A stretch of DNA of 64,000 bases from NCBI GenBank assembly GCA_973895155.1, contig OZ316899.1, positions 15,341,974 through 15,405,973 of the forward strand, given 5' to 3'. Origin of the DNA: Marsupella aquatica. Its lineage: Eukaryota; Plantae; Marchantiophyta. Positions within the stretch are counted from its first letter, which is position 1. Each line of letters starts with the position of its first letter. The notes beneath the pieces were generated by a model. The model saw nothing but the letters and a program-made list of their open reading frames with translations. It did not search any database and was not told where the DNA came from. Both the position numbers and the translations under genes were made by a program. This document shows, piece after piece, positions 13,193 to 26,554 of the stretch.

Positions 13193-16100
13193 ATGCCCGT
13201 CACTCATTCTCAAGCAGCTTACTTGAGGAGATTGACCAGCGAACGAGAAAGTGCAACCATGACAAGTTCCGATTCTTCGGGCTCGGAGGACTCGCAATCG
13301 CCCCGACGTATGAACATACCCCCGGGACCTTCGGGGTCCGATTCGACCGGTCCTGCTGCGGTTCCTCCGCCACCACCACCACCACCGCCACCTCCACCAC
13401 CACCTATGGCAGCCGCTCCACCGATGGCCCGCACTGCTCAAGCTCCTCCACAAATATCGCAACGATCGCGATTTCATTATCGACCTTTCAAGGGGCATCA
13501 TGGGGACGATCCGGATGAATGGTTGGATGAGTTTGAAGCCACTGCTAATGCTAATGGGGAAGATGCCATTAAGCTAACCGTCCTCCCGGGGGTGATGCGG
13601 GGAGAAGCTCGTCCATGGTACAACTCGTTGCCACCCGGGACTACATGGGCACAATTCCAAGCTGCATTGCTGCAGGAGTTTCGTGCCATTGGATCAGAAC
13701 AGCGTTCTCTATTAAAGATTGGCCAGCTTCGCATGGGAAAGAAGGAGTCCCTGCGGAAGTTCATTCAGAAGTTTCAGAAACTTGCGGCCAAGATCCGGCC
13801 CAGGCCGGGAGACGCGCTCCAGCTTACATGGTTCCTTCATGGTTTGCCCACGAATATGCAATTCTGGGTACGCCAGAATAATCCAATTTCAATGCAGGCG
13901 GCCATAGCGTGCGCCGAAACTTACCGGGAGTCCACCTATAACTCCCGACGGAGCCAGCGAGCACGCCGCAAGAAGGGTAAGTACGAGACCTTCAGTGACA
14001 GTGACTCCGAATCGGACGACGAGAGGAAGAAGAAACGCAAGAAGAAGAAGAAACATCGTTCGACCTCGTCCAGCTCGGAGACGGAATCCAGTTCGGATTC
14101 AGCTTCAAGCACCGGATCCTCTACCTCCAGTTCATCAGGAAGTGACTCGGAGGGCGGAAGCCGGAGCAAAAAGAAGAAGAGACGAGTGAAGAAGGAGGGG
14201 AAGATCAAACCCCGGGCGCAAAGAACGATACCAGATCCAAAGGCTGCCGAAGCAGACAAGCTGAATGAAATCACGGATCGACTCAAAGCACTGTCAGTAC
14301 ATCTTGCGGAAAAGCCGGTGGAGAAGAAGAAGCCATCTGAGATTCGAGCCCATGCGTGGTGTTCAAAGTGCTTCCAATCCGGCCATGTGGTGCAGGAATG
14401 CCCAAGGTGGAAGAACCGAGTTCACCAAGTAGAGCTGGATGATGTTGACAACCCGGGTCCCGAATCGGAGTCCACGGAGTATTTCTTTGAGGACCCTCCT
14501 GATTCCGTGTACCAGATTTCAACGATAGGTCCGCGTAATTTAGCGGGTAGAACTGTATACCCCTACCCAAACAATGGCCGGAGTTTCCAGGTTATCAGTA
14601 ACCCGAGCATCCCTCCTAAGCCAGGGATTTGGCGATCCCCGGTTTGTTATAACTGTGAAAAGCCAGGACACTTTGCGAGGGAATGCACCAAACCAAGACG
14701 TCAGGGAGATGGCCGAGGCACCCCACTATGTCAAGTCTGCAAAACGGAGGCTCATTCCACGGCCAACTGTCCATTGGTAATCGCTGCTCGAACGAGCGCA
14801 GCTAGACCGGCCCAGGCTGGACCGGCCACGAGCGATGCAGTCGTCCAAATGATTGCTGTAGAATGGCAAGATGACAACACCGAGTGGGTGAATCTGGTGG
14901 ACGTGGCGGAACACCCTAATCCATCTGACGAGGCTGAGTGCTATCGTGTGTCAACAAGAGCTGAACGGAAGGAAGAGAAGCAGGAGGAGAAACGCAGGAA
15001 AAAGCAAGATACTACTCCGGTGCAGCCAGCGATAGATATACCCCCGGAGAAGGACGATGACTACCGACGGGACGACCCGAAGCTATTTTTCCCCCGCATC
15101 GAAGAATTGGTAAAGAAACAGCTGGAGGCTTACGAAGCTCGGGAATACCAGAAGGCAATCGATAAGGACATCAAAGCAGCCGAGACAGCCCGGCGACAGG
15201 AGCAAGAAAAGCAAGATAAACAAGAGGAAGCCAAGCAGCAGCCGAAGGAAGAAACGAAGGAGGACTATGATATTAAGGAGGACGTGAAGAGTTGCCCGGT
15301 TACAGCGACGGTGGGGCAACTGCTGCAGAACAACCCACAGTACAGACGACAACTAAGGGAGTTGCTCATGGGTCGCCGAAGGAGGAGACTACCCCGAGTT
15401 GGGATCGCAGACTGCAACATGATATGCGAGGACCTTGGAGCGCCGGACAGCTCGATCGAAATTAATAATTGTACCATCAAGATGGTTCTTGTAGACGGAG
15501 GAGCGGGAGTCAACATCATGACTGAAGAAACGTCAGTCAAGTTAGGATACCTCACGTATCAACCCACAGCCCGAGCTATCAAATTAGCAAACGGGGCAAG
15601 GGTCCTCCCATTAGGCACGCTCACACGAGTGCTCACTCTGGTGGGAGGGGTGGAGTTCTATCTCAACTTCCTAGTTATGAGGCCGGTTCGTCCCTCCTCT
15701 TACCCGGTTCTTCTGGGCAGGCCGTGGCTGTACGGTGGCCGCGTAGTCACGGATTGGGGAAAGAAGGAGCTACGGTTTGGCGAACCCACCGTACGGGTAT
15801 CATGGGCAATGGACGATTATCAGGGAGAAACCCCACAAGGACCCGAGGAATATGATTCGGAGACCTCGGAGGAAGAGGAACTCAATATGATTGAACTCAT
15901 CTCGTCCCTATCCAAGGAAGATGTCTTGGGAGTTGAAGCAACCCGCGAAACACATCTCCTAAATTACCCGAGGGCTGCCATTGAGTCCACCCCAAGCACA
16001 TCTACTGCCGGGGATGAGGAAACACACAAACAACTCGTCGAGATGGAGGACACGGCTCCAGCTAAGCAGGGAGCCGAGGCTGCTTCTATCGTTGCAGAGC

Positions 16101-19100
16101 CTCGTGACCACGAACCTGTCCAACAACCGCCCGAGGCCAAAAACTCGAGACCGAGACATAAGAAACGAGTCTCATGGGATCCGTCCATTCCGCAATTGGA
16201 GGAAGTAACTCCAACCCCGAGACCAATCCCGGTTCCACCCATGTACGGAGGAGTTCGATTAGTTGAGCTTGATGCGAGCCTGGACCCGAGCCTGCGAAAC
16301 CAGGTTGAAGTCATCAGGAAGGAGCACTACCGGAAGTACACCATTGGGATGGACAAATCTTTTAACCTGGGCCACGCTCTGACAGGGGAGACTGAAAAAT
16401 CCATCCAAGCTTTGCTCAAGGAATATGAAGATGTGTTTGCATGGAGTCATCATGATTTAACAGGCGTCTCCCCCGAGTTGGGAGAACACACGATCGATCT
16501 GAACCTAGGAGCCCATGCGGTACGGTAGCGACAACGTCGCATGAACCCGAGGTACTCCATCTTAGTGAAGGAGGAAATTGATCGTCTCCTCGCCGCCGAT
16601 ATCATCTACCCGGTAATGGCCAGCGACTGGGTCTCTCCCATTGTCATTGTACCAAAGAAGGGAGGTACGGATGGAAAACCTAAGATTCGTATTTGTCAGG
16701 ACTACCGTAAGCTGAACGACGCAACCCGAAAAGACCATTACCCATTACCATTCACGGATATGGTTCTAGATATGGTAGCCCAAAATGAAATCTATACATT
16801 TCTTGACGGGTATTCAGGTTATAACCAAATCTGGATTCGCCTCGCGGATCAGCTCAAAACAACTTTCACTACGGAGTGGGGGACTTTCGCATTTCGGAGG
16901 ATGCCTTTCGGTCTGTGTAACGCCCCGGCCATGTTTCAGCGCCTTATGATGAATATCTTCCACGATTTCCTACGGGAATTTCTGGAGATATTTATCGATG
17001 ACTTTGCCATCTTTGGAACCGTTGCCATGCACCCCGAACACCTAAGACAAACGTTGCAACGATGCCGAGATGTTAACCTCAAACTACTCCCGCCAAATGC
17101 TTCTTCGGGGTAGAGGAGGGGGTGTTACTCGGGCATCGTGTGTCCAAACGGGGCATTGAGGTGGACCAAGAGAAAGTTGCGGCCTGGATGGCAGTGGTGT
17201 TCCCCGTGGATCAAAAAGCAGTACGATCCTTCTTGGGCTGCATAGGGTATTACCGTCGGTTCATTAAAGATTTTGCTAAAATAGCTTTGCCCTTAACAGA
17301 GATGATGAAAAAGGACGCGGTGATCGAGGAGACCCCAAGGAGACGGGTTGCTTTCGAAGAACTCCGTAAAAGACTCACCACCGCACCTATCATGGTCACT
17401 CCAGACTGGAACAAGGAGTTCCACGTGTATGTCGATGTGTCAGGGTTCTGTATCGGGTCTGTGCTTAGTCAGCTTGATACGGACGGACGCGACCACCCCA
17501 TCTACTTCGCTAGCCGTCAATTATTCACAGCCAAAAAAAATTATTCCCCCACGGATCGAGAGGCACTGGGCATAATCTACTCATGTAAGAAGTTCCGGCA
17601 CTATCTGCTCGGCTACAAGGTCATCTTCCACACGGATCACGACAGCCTGAAGTACATGGTCAACAAAGCAGACGTAACGGGACGGATAGCCCGTTGGGTG
17701 CTACTTCTCCAGGAATTTAACTACGAAGTTTGGGTTCGGCCAGGAAAGGCACACCTCAATGCCGACTTCTTTTCACAGCTGGACGGCGTACCAGTCGATC
17801 AGCCAATTGATGATATTTTTCCGGATGAGGAGTTGTTCCACGTAGGGGAAGGGACACCAACGTGGTACGGCTCAATAATCACCTTCCTTTTAATGGGCCG
17901 CATCCCTGACGGCATCAATCAGGAGGCCGCCGCTGTGTTTTTACGGAACGCCGGGCCTTACGTCATGATACAGGGTCACCTACATAAGGAAGGTATTAAT
18001 GGAAAGTTACGACGCTGCTTAGAGTATAAGGAGACGCTTATCGTGATGAGGGCCCTGCATGAAGAAGAAGCTGGAGGCCATTTCGCGGTGGTCACGACAG
18101 CTCGAAAGATTCTGGACTCGGAGTATTGGTGGCCTACGTTGCATCGGGATGTACAGCGCTTCATTAAGGGCTGTGACTTGTGTCAGCGAGCTGGGGCCCC
18201 GAGGCGGGCTCATCATCACCCACTCACATCTGTGCTTCCATTGGCACCATTCGAAAAATGGGGAATTGATTATATCGGGCCGTTTACTCCCGTTACCCGA
18301 AGGCAAAGATGCAGGTACATCCTACTAGCTATTGATTACTCCACCAAGTGGGTCGAAGCGCGGGCTACGGTAAAGGACGACGCCGCAACCAGTGCCAGAT
18401 TCTTATATGAACAGATTTTCACCCGATTCGGCCCGCCCTTAGAATTGGTAAGCGACCGTGGAACCCACTTCCTCAATGACACCGTAGCCCAGCTTACGGA
18501 GCGTTACCTAGTCAAGCACCGCAAGACTACCCCGTATCATCCTAAAGCCAACGGGATGGCGGAGAGAGCAAATGGTATCATTGGGAAGATCCTCAACAAA
18601 ACTGTAGCTGCGCACAAAATGGATTGGGATGATAAGTTGTACGCAGCGGTGTACTCGTATAATCTAGCTTACAAAACTACTACGAGTCATAGCCCGTACT
18701 TTCTTGTGTTCGGCCAACATTCGTTGGTGCCCGTCGAGTTTGAAGTACACACTCCACGGGTCAGCATTCGGGATCGCTTACCTGAATCTGAAAGTTCGTC
18801 AGACCGAGCTTATCAGATTGAAGCCTTGGAAGAAGCACGGCTACTAGCAGCTCGACACGCCGTGAAGAAACAGGCAACTTCGAAGAAGCAGCATGACAAA
18901 GGACTACGGAGAGTCAATGTCGTGGCAGGCGATCTAGTCCTTCTGTACGATAGTAGGTACATGCAGTTTCCAGGGAAGCTTCATACCCGGTGGTTAGGGC
19001 CCTTCCTTGTCAATCAGATCTACCGTAACGGATCTTTGGAGCTTGCGACGTATGCCGGCGATTTACTCCCCACGCGAATCAGCTACGATCGTGTAAAAAA

Positions 19101-19203
19101 GTACCACCATCAAGATGACGACGCCGAGAGTGATGTTTGCAAGGACGCTTCACAATTAAGCAGGGAGCTATGTGAAGCCGCCGGTACGGCGGTTAATGAG
19201 TGA
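13193..19203 (+). pseudogene. gag-pol of family B (in-frame TAG at 16526-16528, frameshift near 17090)
   Basis: Retrotrans gag, Zn knuckles, protease VDGGAG, RT FIDD, RH DVS/TDH, integrase WGIDYIGP; reading frame ends inside the 3' LTR. Confidence 0.95.
19158..19167 (+). promoter_or_regulatory. PPT of family B
   Basis: AAGCAGGGAG just before the 3' LTR. Confidence 0.65.
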
Positions 19204-22200
19204 TTCGGTCTAACTGCGCTTAGCACGCGCGTTAGGAGTGTCTTAGGCCGCTATTATTAGCATAATGATAGTATTTAGGTAATCATTATGGGTAGGACAT
19301 CATTAGGCAATAAGGGGGAATTCAGGTTCGGACTGGTGGCGGGTCGCTATTCGCACACCCGGGTTACGAGCGTGGAGGGGCCCCTCCCTCGGGTCCGTAT
19401 AACGTACTTAAGAAGCGGCCACTGACACGCGCTGACTCAGACCGGCGGAGTGGCCGGTACACCACAAGCGTGAGCGGTTCAGCCTATGGGCTCGAGGAGA
19501 CGTCGGGGGATCGACAAGCCCTCAAGGTATAAAAGGGGAGTCAACCCCTTGTAGTGCACCAGTCCATCAGTCCACATGCCAGCTTCGACCCCAGCTCTCT
19601 CGTTCGCTCTAAGTCGCCACTACTTTCTCCTCTGAATGTCGCACACGATCCTCTCCAGCTTGGCCATTCGATTCTGGACGCAATTCCTATCTACCGGAAG
19701 GCACTTGGCCGACTCATTGAAACACGCCAACCCGCGCCGATACGAAATCGAACGCGAGTACGAGAGAGCCATCCGCCTAGCTGGATGACACCACTACATC
19801 CTTAACTTTGACTGCCCCTCTCAGAGCGAGCTTTACCGACCAGCAGAGGTATCTAGGTACTTCTTCAATGGAGACAAATATATCGGTTTCTGGGAAGCAT
19901 TGCTTCGACTTCCGGACGAGGTCTTCAATATCCCGGGTACGATCGACTTGCAACGACATCACTTTGACCACATCCCTGCTCAGGTTCGGGCTATCATCAA
20001 CAGCGAGTCCAGCACTACCCGTTCGACAAGGTCGTCTGCACTCGCTTCGGAGAACTTCTACCAGCACCTACAGAGCTTCATGGGAACTCGGCCATCAACC
20101 AACATGACCAACTCAGTCAAACCCGTACCCGTACCCATGCAACCTCAGGCTCAACCTCAGGCTCAACCTCAGGCTCAGCTTCAGCTTCAGCCTCAGCCGC
20201 ACCCTAGCCAAACCCCACCACCGATCGCCCAGCCAGCACAAGTACGCTCCGTCATCAACGCTGTGGATCTTAGCGATGACGACGAGGCTACCCCACCCTT
20301 GACCAGGCGGCCCAGAGGAACAAGCGCTCAGGGGGCCGACACTATATCGTCCCCACCCCCTGCTCTGACCCCAGGAGCGGCCCCAGCAGACAACATGGTG
20401 ACCATGGCCGCCCCGGGCCCGTTACTAACGGCAGTGGCACTACCCAGGCCCGATCGGGAGGATGGGGAAGTGTCACCTTCCCCGAGCCAGTCACGGGGGA
20501 AGAAGAGGAAGGAATCCACCACTGCATCCGGGTTACCATTGGCCACGGTAGCCGTAGCCAAGGTGACGATGCACCGCATGGGGGAAAATGTTCACAAAAA
20601 CATCCTCCATCCCAAGCATGCGGTGTACCTGAAGACTCACGGATTCGAGCACCTTGCCTCCCTCCCCTGGAACACTTGCAGGTACTACGGGGAGGACATG
20701 ACGGAGTTCGTTAGGAATTATGACGACACGCGTCAACATACTTGGCTGCGGGGAAGGAGTATGTCCCTCACGGAAGAATGGCTCAGGATGATCTTTGGGT
20801 TACCTGAAGGTGACCATCGAGTCGAATCACGGGCTCCCGGGGGCAAGGGAGCCAAGTACCAATCTTCAAGTTTTCCCTCAGAGGGAGCAGTGGACAACGG
20901 GTTCGTGATGAAGACCTGCCTCATCCCCGAGATAGCTGAGCGACTGGAGTTCCAGAGGTACGCCCTCCACATGATGGAACCCCGGGGGGAGATCTCCGCC
21001 GCCCAGGTTATCCAAGTCGAGAACTATCGACCTAGGAAGTGGGCGTCGTACTTCGCTAAGAAATTCCATGAAGAGATGGAGCGGCGAAGGAAGACGCTGT
21101 ACATTGGCGGGAAGGCGTATTTTGCTAGCCACATTGAGATCATTCTTGAGTGGTACGCCCGGTTTGATCGACGAACCCTTCCCCGTGTCAATGTTCCAAA
21201 GCTGGTCCCAGCTAGGTGGGTTTTCCCGGCCTTGGAGAACCGGACATTGCTGTAGGAGGACACTCCAGCCCCTTCCAACGTTACGTCCCTAGGGCTGGAC
21301 GTCACTGCCCCGGCCCCCGCGCGTGTTGACGTCTGCCCGTGCCCAACTCCGGACAGGCACAACCTGGACCACCCGGAACTCTTCGTACCGGGTACATTTC
21401 TGAATGGGCTTCTGGGAGATTTCTCTCATCAAATTGCCCGGGATACCAGGGAGTTCATGGCCCGGAAGGTAGCCTGTTTCTTCAATCAGGAGTTGGTTGC
21501 TGTAGTAAAGGCAGGTCGGGCCCAGTCAGAGGCCCTTCAGAGGATAGAGCGGTACCGGTGGAGTCCGTGTACCTAAAGAACAAAGTTGCGGCTCAAGAGG
21601 CTGAGCTTCTGCAACTACGATCCAAGGTTGCAGCCGCCGATGAGTTGTTAGCAAAGGCGCACGCTCTTACCGCCCTAGCCAAACAGGCCAAAGTTGGGAA
21701 CGAGGCCGAGATTACACGACTCCGGAACCAGATTGACAGTTTGAAGAATCAAATCATCACCTGGCAGAAAAACCTGGAGAAGGCCGAGGAACGGGCCCAG
21801 CGGGACACGGCGGAGATAGCCACGCTGCAGGTCGAGGTGGCGCGGCTCCAAACCGAGGCCGAGAAGCAGGACCAGCTGGCGGGTAAACTGACGAGCGATG
21901 CCTAGCAACTGGAGGAGGCATGTCAGGAGGCAGCAGAGGAGACGGACGCGGCGAGGCGAGAGAACGAATCTCTGCTGGACCAGGTCCAGCTCCTCAAGGC
22001 GGACAATGACAGGCTTCGAAGGCAGCGGGATGGCCGCTCCCATTCGGGCGGCTCTGGCAAGCGTGCCAGGCATTAGCAGCGGAGTAGGAATAGATTAGGA
22101 TTAGGACTGGCTTAGTCAGGCTCTTGGGACAGGCACCTGCCTTAGGTACAGCAGCGCTGCCATGCTGTCCAGCCTGCGTAGATTAGGATCTTCTAATAAG

Positions 22201-22971
22201 ACACAGCCGTTTTCCGGCCTGACTGTCAGCTTAGTTAGGACCGTAGTCAGCAAATCTTCGGCGAGAGGACACCCCGTCCCTCGTCCCTTAGTATTTAGTG
22301 CACCCCTCGGTAGAGGCAAGGGGGGGGTTTTTAGTTGCAGAGTTGGACGTCCGCGGTATGTGCGGGGAGTCCCGACCTCTGGGAATGAAAGAGTACCAAG
22401 GGGAGGGGGTAGGACTAAGCTCGCTGGGGGAGTGCGGAGCCGGGCTCCGTTGTAGTGTGCACCCTCGGCCTTGAACCTGTTCATTCCGGGGCTGTCGGGT
22501 CAACTAAGTGTACGCATATGTTCCCTTTGTAGTAAAATCCTTTCCCATCATTTTCCTTCGTGTAAATCGAGATTGCATGTGCGCGTGTATGTGTGTGGGT
22601 TTCTTGTATATGGGTGGCAGCGCCAGGCCGAATGCACTACCCGAGACATGCATAGGGTGCAGCCTACGGGTAAGTGGTTGCGAGCACGGGTTGAGGACCT
22701 GTATCATCGAATCTGGATCGAAGGCGGACAGCACGAAGGCTTAGAAGCCCTTAAGCCGGGGTCGATCCTGCTATCGACTAAGGTACGTTCCGGCGGCAGA
22801 ACACAAACCATACCTAGGAGGTGTCCGTATTTAGCAGTATGCGCACTTAGCGCTAGTTTACGAGAATAAGGTGCATTACGTGCTTCCCTTCCTGCCCGAA
22901 CCCTCAGATTTACGAGGGATGTGCCCGTCTAAGCTGAAGTCTGAGTTAAGGCCGCAGCCGACGACGTGACA
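19171..22971 (+). repeat. 3' LTR of family B (3801 bp)
   Basis: Direct repeat of 9068-13069 with a 219-bp deletion. Confidence 0.95.
19636..22076 (+). pseudogene. LTR-encoded ORF of family B, 3' LTR copy
   Basis: Same ORF as 9534-12174 with a different set of lesions. Confidence 0.8.
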
Positions 22972-25900
22972 GTTTGGCTTGCCAATGGGCAATAAAACCA
23001 AAGTAGATACCAGGAAGACCTTGCCAGACAAGGAGTTCCGGTTGTTTCCAGGGCCATCAACAAAGAATGGCTTCTTCCAAAACACCTGCACAAACCCGCA
23101 CATAGGAGAAATGATCAATTTCTTGCGGGTGACCATGCATTGTAACTTGCCGAGGGCAGAGATTGGCAAGGCACAGGTCTATCTAGCAGAGAGGCCAGAC
23201 CCGAGCCGAGACTACAACGGGTACCTCCTCACTCAACTAAAGAAGATCTTGAAGGAGGAACAGCTGGTGATCGGCATGGGAAGCGTGTCCCAGCTTGGTT
23301 ATCATATGCCGCTGTTGTGCCGGTATGCCCAAAGTCAGATATTCGCCCCGGTACTGCCCCTGCAGGCAAGAGCACCAGAGGAGGTTCCGGAACCAAGGCC
23401 GGCAACAGAGAAACCGACCCAGCCCGATAGTCCTATAATCGAGCAGGTGTTTAGGCCGAGGAAGGAGGACTTGCCGATGAAGCAACCAGGCATGCAGAAT
23501 CTGCTAAAATTGCTGGAGAAGGAAAGGAGAACGGTAACGGCAACGGGACCGGTACAGAATACTGCTCCCAAAGTCGGCCTTAGCCAACTTACCAGGGAAA
23601 ACCCCTTTACCGGGGTCAAGGAGAGAAGGAGGCCGGAACACAAGCCGGGAGTCCGAATGTATGTAGGAGCTTCAAGTCCCAAAGCCGAGGAAAAGCAGTC
23701 CAAAGCTCCTGGTCGCGACAGGGAGAAGATGAGATCAACCTGGAAGCCGGAGGAACCAGGACCCATGATCTGTGAGGCCGTGTTCACAGCAAGACCAGGA
23801 CAGCAGCGGGGGGCGGTAGTCCAAGCCGAGGAGGAGGCGGTAGAAGGCTACGACAATGATGACTCCGGCTACGGGTCGGACCATCATGTTCCAGGAATAA
23901 GGACCTGTGGCAGGTTCATCCCCACGCTTCCAAGAGTAGTTCGAGGGGACCCGACCCAGCAGAGCAGCCCCGAGTCTCCCCCACCAAATGTCGCTCCCCG
24001 AGCTTTGACGGCATAAAACAGACGGCACAGGAGTTTCAAGAACAACTCAGGGAGGAAGAAGAGGCAGCCCTGGCTAGGGAGAAGGATTTACCAGGAGGAG
24101 AATGGCCAGAGGACATCAGGCGGCTTGCAGAAAAACAAAGCAGCCCGCCAGCCGTGATAGAAGAAATTCGCAAGGCGGCTTGGGAACAAAGGCCGCGGTG
24201 GATGATGCCGATGACTTCTACTCACTCCGCCTATGCTAAAGAACGAGCCATGGAGTACGGGGAGATGTGTGGGGAACTTGCGCTCGGCATCTTTGGGGAG
24301 GAGTTGGAGCAGGGACCCTTTTTCAAGAGGGAAATGTTGGAGAAGCGCCGATTAGAAGAAGCAGTGGCTTTGGAGAGAAGCAAGAAGGACGAGGTCATTC
24401 GTCGGCTTAGGGCAAGGGAAGCCGAGGTAGAAGACCTGAAGGCGGCCAAGAAAGCCCAAGATGAGCTGCGGATTAAGCGGCATGAGCTCAACATCATGTA
24501 GGGGCAATTGGATACCGCGTAGTCTGATAATCAGATTATCAAGGATAAACTAACTCGGACCCAAGGTGAGCTGGCCGATTCGATCAAGGAGAAGGAGAAG
24601 TGGAAGCAAGAGCTAAGAGACGTAGAGGAGGCCCACATAGCAGCCAAAAATCGGGCCATGGCGGAACCTCGGAGAAGGGAAAGGGCGTTGAAGGGGGAAC
24701 TCGAGGATATCCGCGAAGCCCTTGAGCAGAAGGAGGCCAAGTTAGGGAAATCCTATCAGGCGATTATCGTGCTGCGGTAGGAGCTCGCATCCATGACGGT
24801 CAGCTTCAAGGCCGACCTCCATGAGAAAGATGACCAGCTTGATCAGACTTATGCCAAAATAAATAAAATGGAGTCTGAAGTCGTTACGGAGCTCGACAAG
24901 GAGCTGAGAGCAACCCAGGAGGAGAGGGCTACCTTAAAGAAGGAATTGGAGGAAGCCCAGAAGGAGCGGGAGGAGGCGCGCAAGGACCTAGATGAATTGT
25001 AGGAAGAGTTGGAGGAAAGCACACGGAAGATGGAGAACTTACAGCGGCGAGCCGACAACCAAACGGAGCGGCTGAAGAAACAGGCCACAGTATTTAAATG
25101 CTTGGCTTCCTCAGGTCCAACTCCAATTGGGGCAACCAAGTTGCCAGGAGTAGTACTGGCCGAAGGACAAGCCGAGACACTTGCACCGGTGCCGGAGGTA
25201 AGTGGCAAGGGAAGGGGCCAGCTGCCGAACCAAAGAAGAAGAAGAAGAAGCGGAAACCTTTTGGGTCAGGGAGTAATACGGATCCTCAAGCCGTCGTGAC
25301 CAAGGAGGTAAACCCAACACCAACCTCAGGCAGGGTCACTGTAGAGGATCCAACTGCCCTAGAAGGCGGGGATGGCAAAGCTGAGGCCAGGATACTCGGT
25401 GATGAAGCCAAGGTACCGGATCCACCACTAGAGCATGTCGGGGAGGCCGTGGCCGATGCTGAGGCCAAAGCCGAGGGTGGACCCAATCAGGCCGATGGAG
25501 AGTTGACTCGGTCCGGAGCAGGTAATCTGTCAGAGGATGGACCTACGGTAGTGGCTGCGGAGGAAGTGTTGGGGGCGTCCATTGAGGACCAGACACCGCT
25601 GCCATGACGGTGGTGGAGGGCCGCTCCTTTTAAGGAGGGCGGACGTGGAGGAGGAGGCGTGAGTGGGCAGGGCGGGCTCAGATCTCCAAGTTTAGAATTA
25701 GGATCAGGACCAAGGGGCGGCCCTGACACTTAGCTTAGTGGGATTGCGGGTCCACTGGTAAGAGCAACACTTGTGCTCCTGCCTCGCTGTACATAGGTAG
25801 ATTACAGTTAGGTAAATTAGGCTTACGCTGCAAGGAATTAGGCGGATCCACTACCAGGATAAGTACCTGGGCAGCGGGGAGTTCAGGGCCTTATTCCTTA

Positions 25901-26512
25901 GCAAGTTTTTAGTGCACCAACAGGACTGGGATCAAGTAGTTAAAGAAGCTCTCGGTTAGTTATACTGTGACCCTTGTGTATATTCATGTTTCCTCATACC
26001 TAAGAGATGAATAGAGTTGGCCTCACGGCTTAGTTCGCAGATCTTGTATATGAGAAGTACTATTTGTATGGCAAGTGCATGGTATAACTCAGTCAGAAGG
26101 AGTCATTTTGCTATTTGTGTGTCGCATTAACCTGTTTGAAGATTGCCCACATCAACCAAGAAGGGAGTAAGCAAGGTAGTAAGAGTTGGATGTGTCGAGC
26201 TGAGAGAGGTCTTAGCGGCTTACCCAAGCCAGTTGGGGATCATTCCGGCGGTGGAATCCAAACATACCTAATGGAAAACCAAGAGAGGAGGACAAGGGAA
26301 GGCCTAGAATAGGCCGGCTACGTATCTCATGACCCGATGAAGGATCTGTCTAGTATATGTGAGTAAAATGTTAATAGTAATAGTAGTATAAGGAAGTTAG
26401 CAGCGTCCCATGCCGCTAAGCCGCGAAATTGGCCTCGCCAAGAGCGAAACCTGCGGGAATCGGCTTGTGCATAGGTGTTTCTTGGGTTTAGGGAGCCATG
26501 GGACGCACCACA
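22972..26512 (+). repeat. LTR of family D, 5' part missing
   Basis: 24481-26512 matches the solo LTR at about 55087-57144; ends GCACCACA. Confidence 0.85.
22973..25607 (+). pseudogene. LTR-encoded ORF of family D (same domain as B LTR ORF plus long coiled coil), decayed
   Basis: FGLPMG..VDTR..FPGPSTKNGFFQNTCTNPHIGEMINFLRVTMHCNLPRAEIGKAQV aligns with B FGLPEG..VESR..FPSEGAVDNGFVMKTCLIPEIAERLEFQRYALHMMEPRGEISAAQV. Confidence 0.75.
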
Positions 26513-26554
26513 CAATGCTCCCCTTGAACATGAGGTAAGTGTTCTCTGTGGTCT

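Larger units (their letters stand above)
9068..22971 (+). mobile_element. Ty3/Gypsy family B, structurally complete, ~4 kb LTRs
   Basis: Two highly similar LTRs TGTGA...TGACA, PBS, gag-pol, PPT; flanks GGGTG and GTTTG do not form a TSD. Confidence 0.95.

Noticed and set aside
22972-26512. D sequence as the continuation of A's 3' LTR
   Set aside because: D's LTR starts TGTGATGCC whereas A's starts TGTGAGTAT; the shared protein domain would then occur twice; base composition differs.
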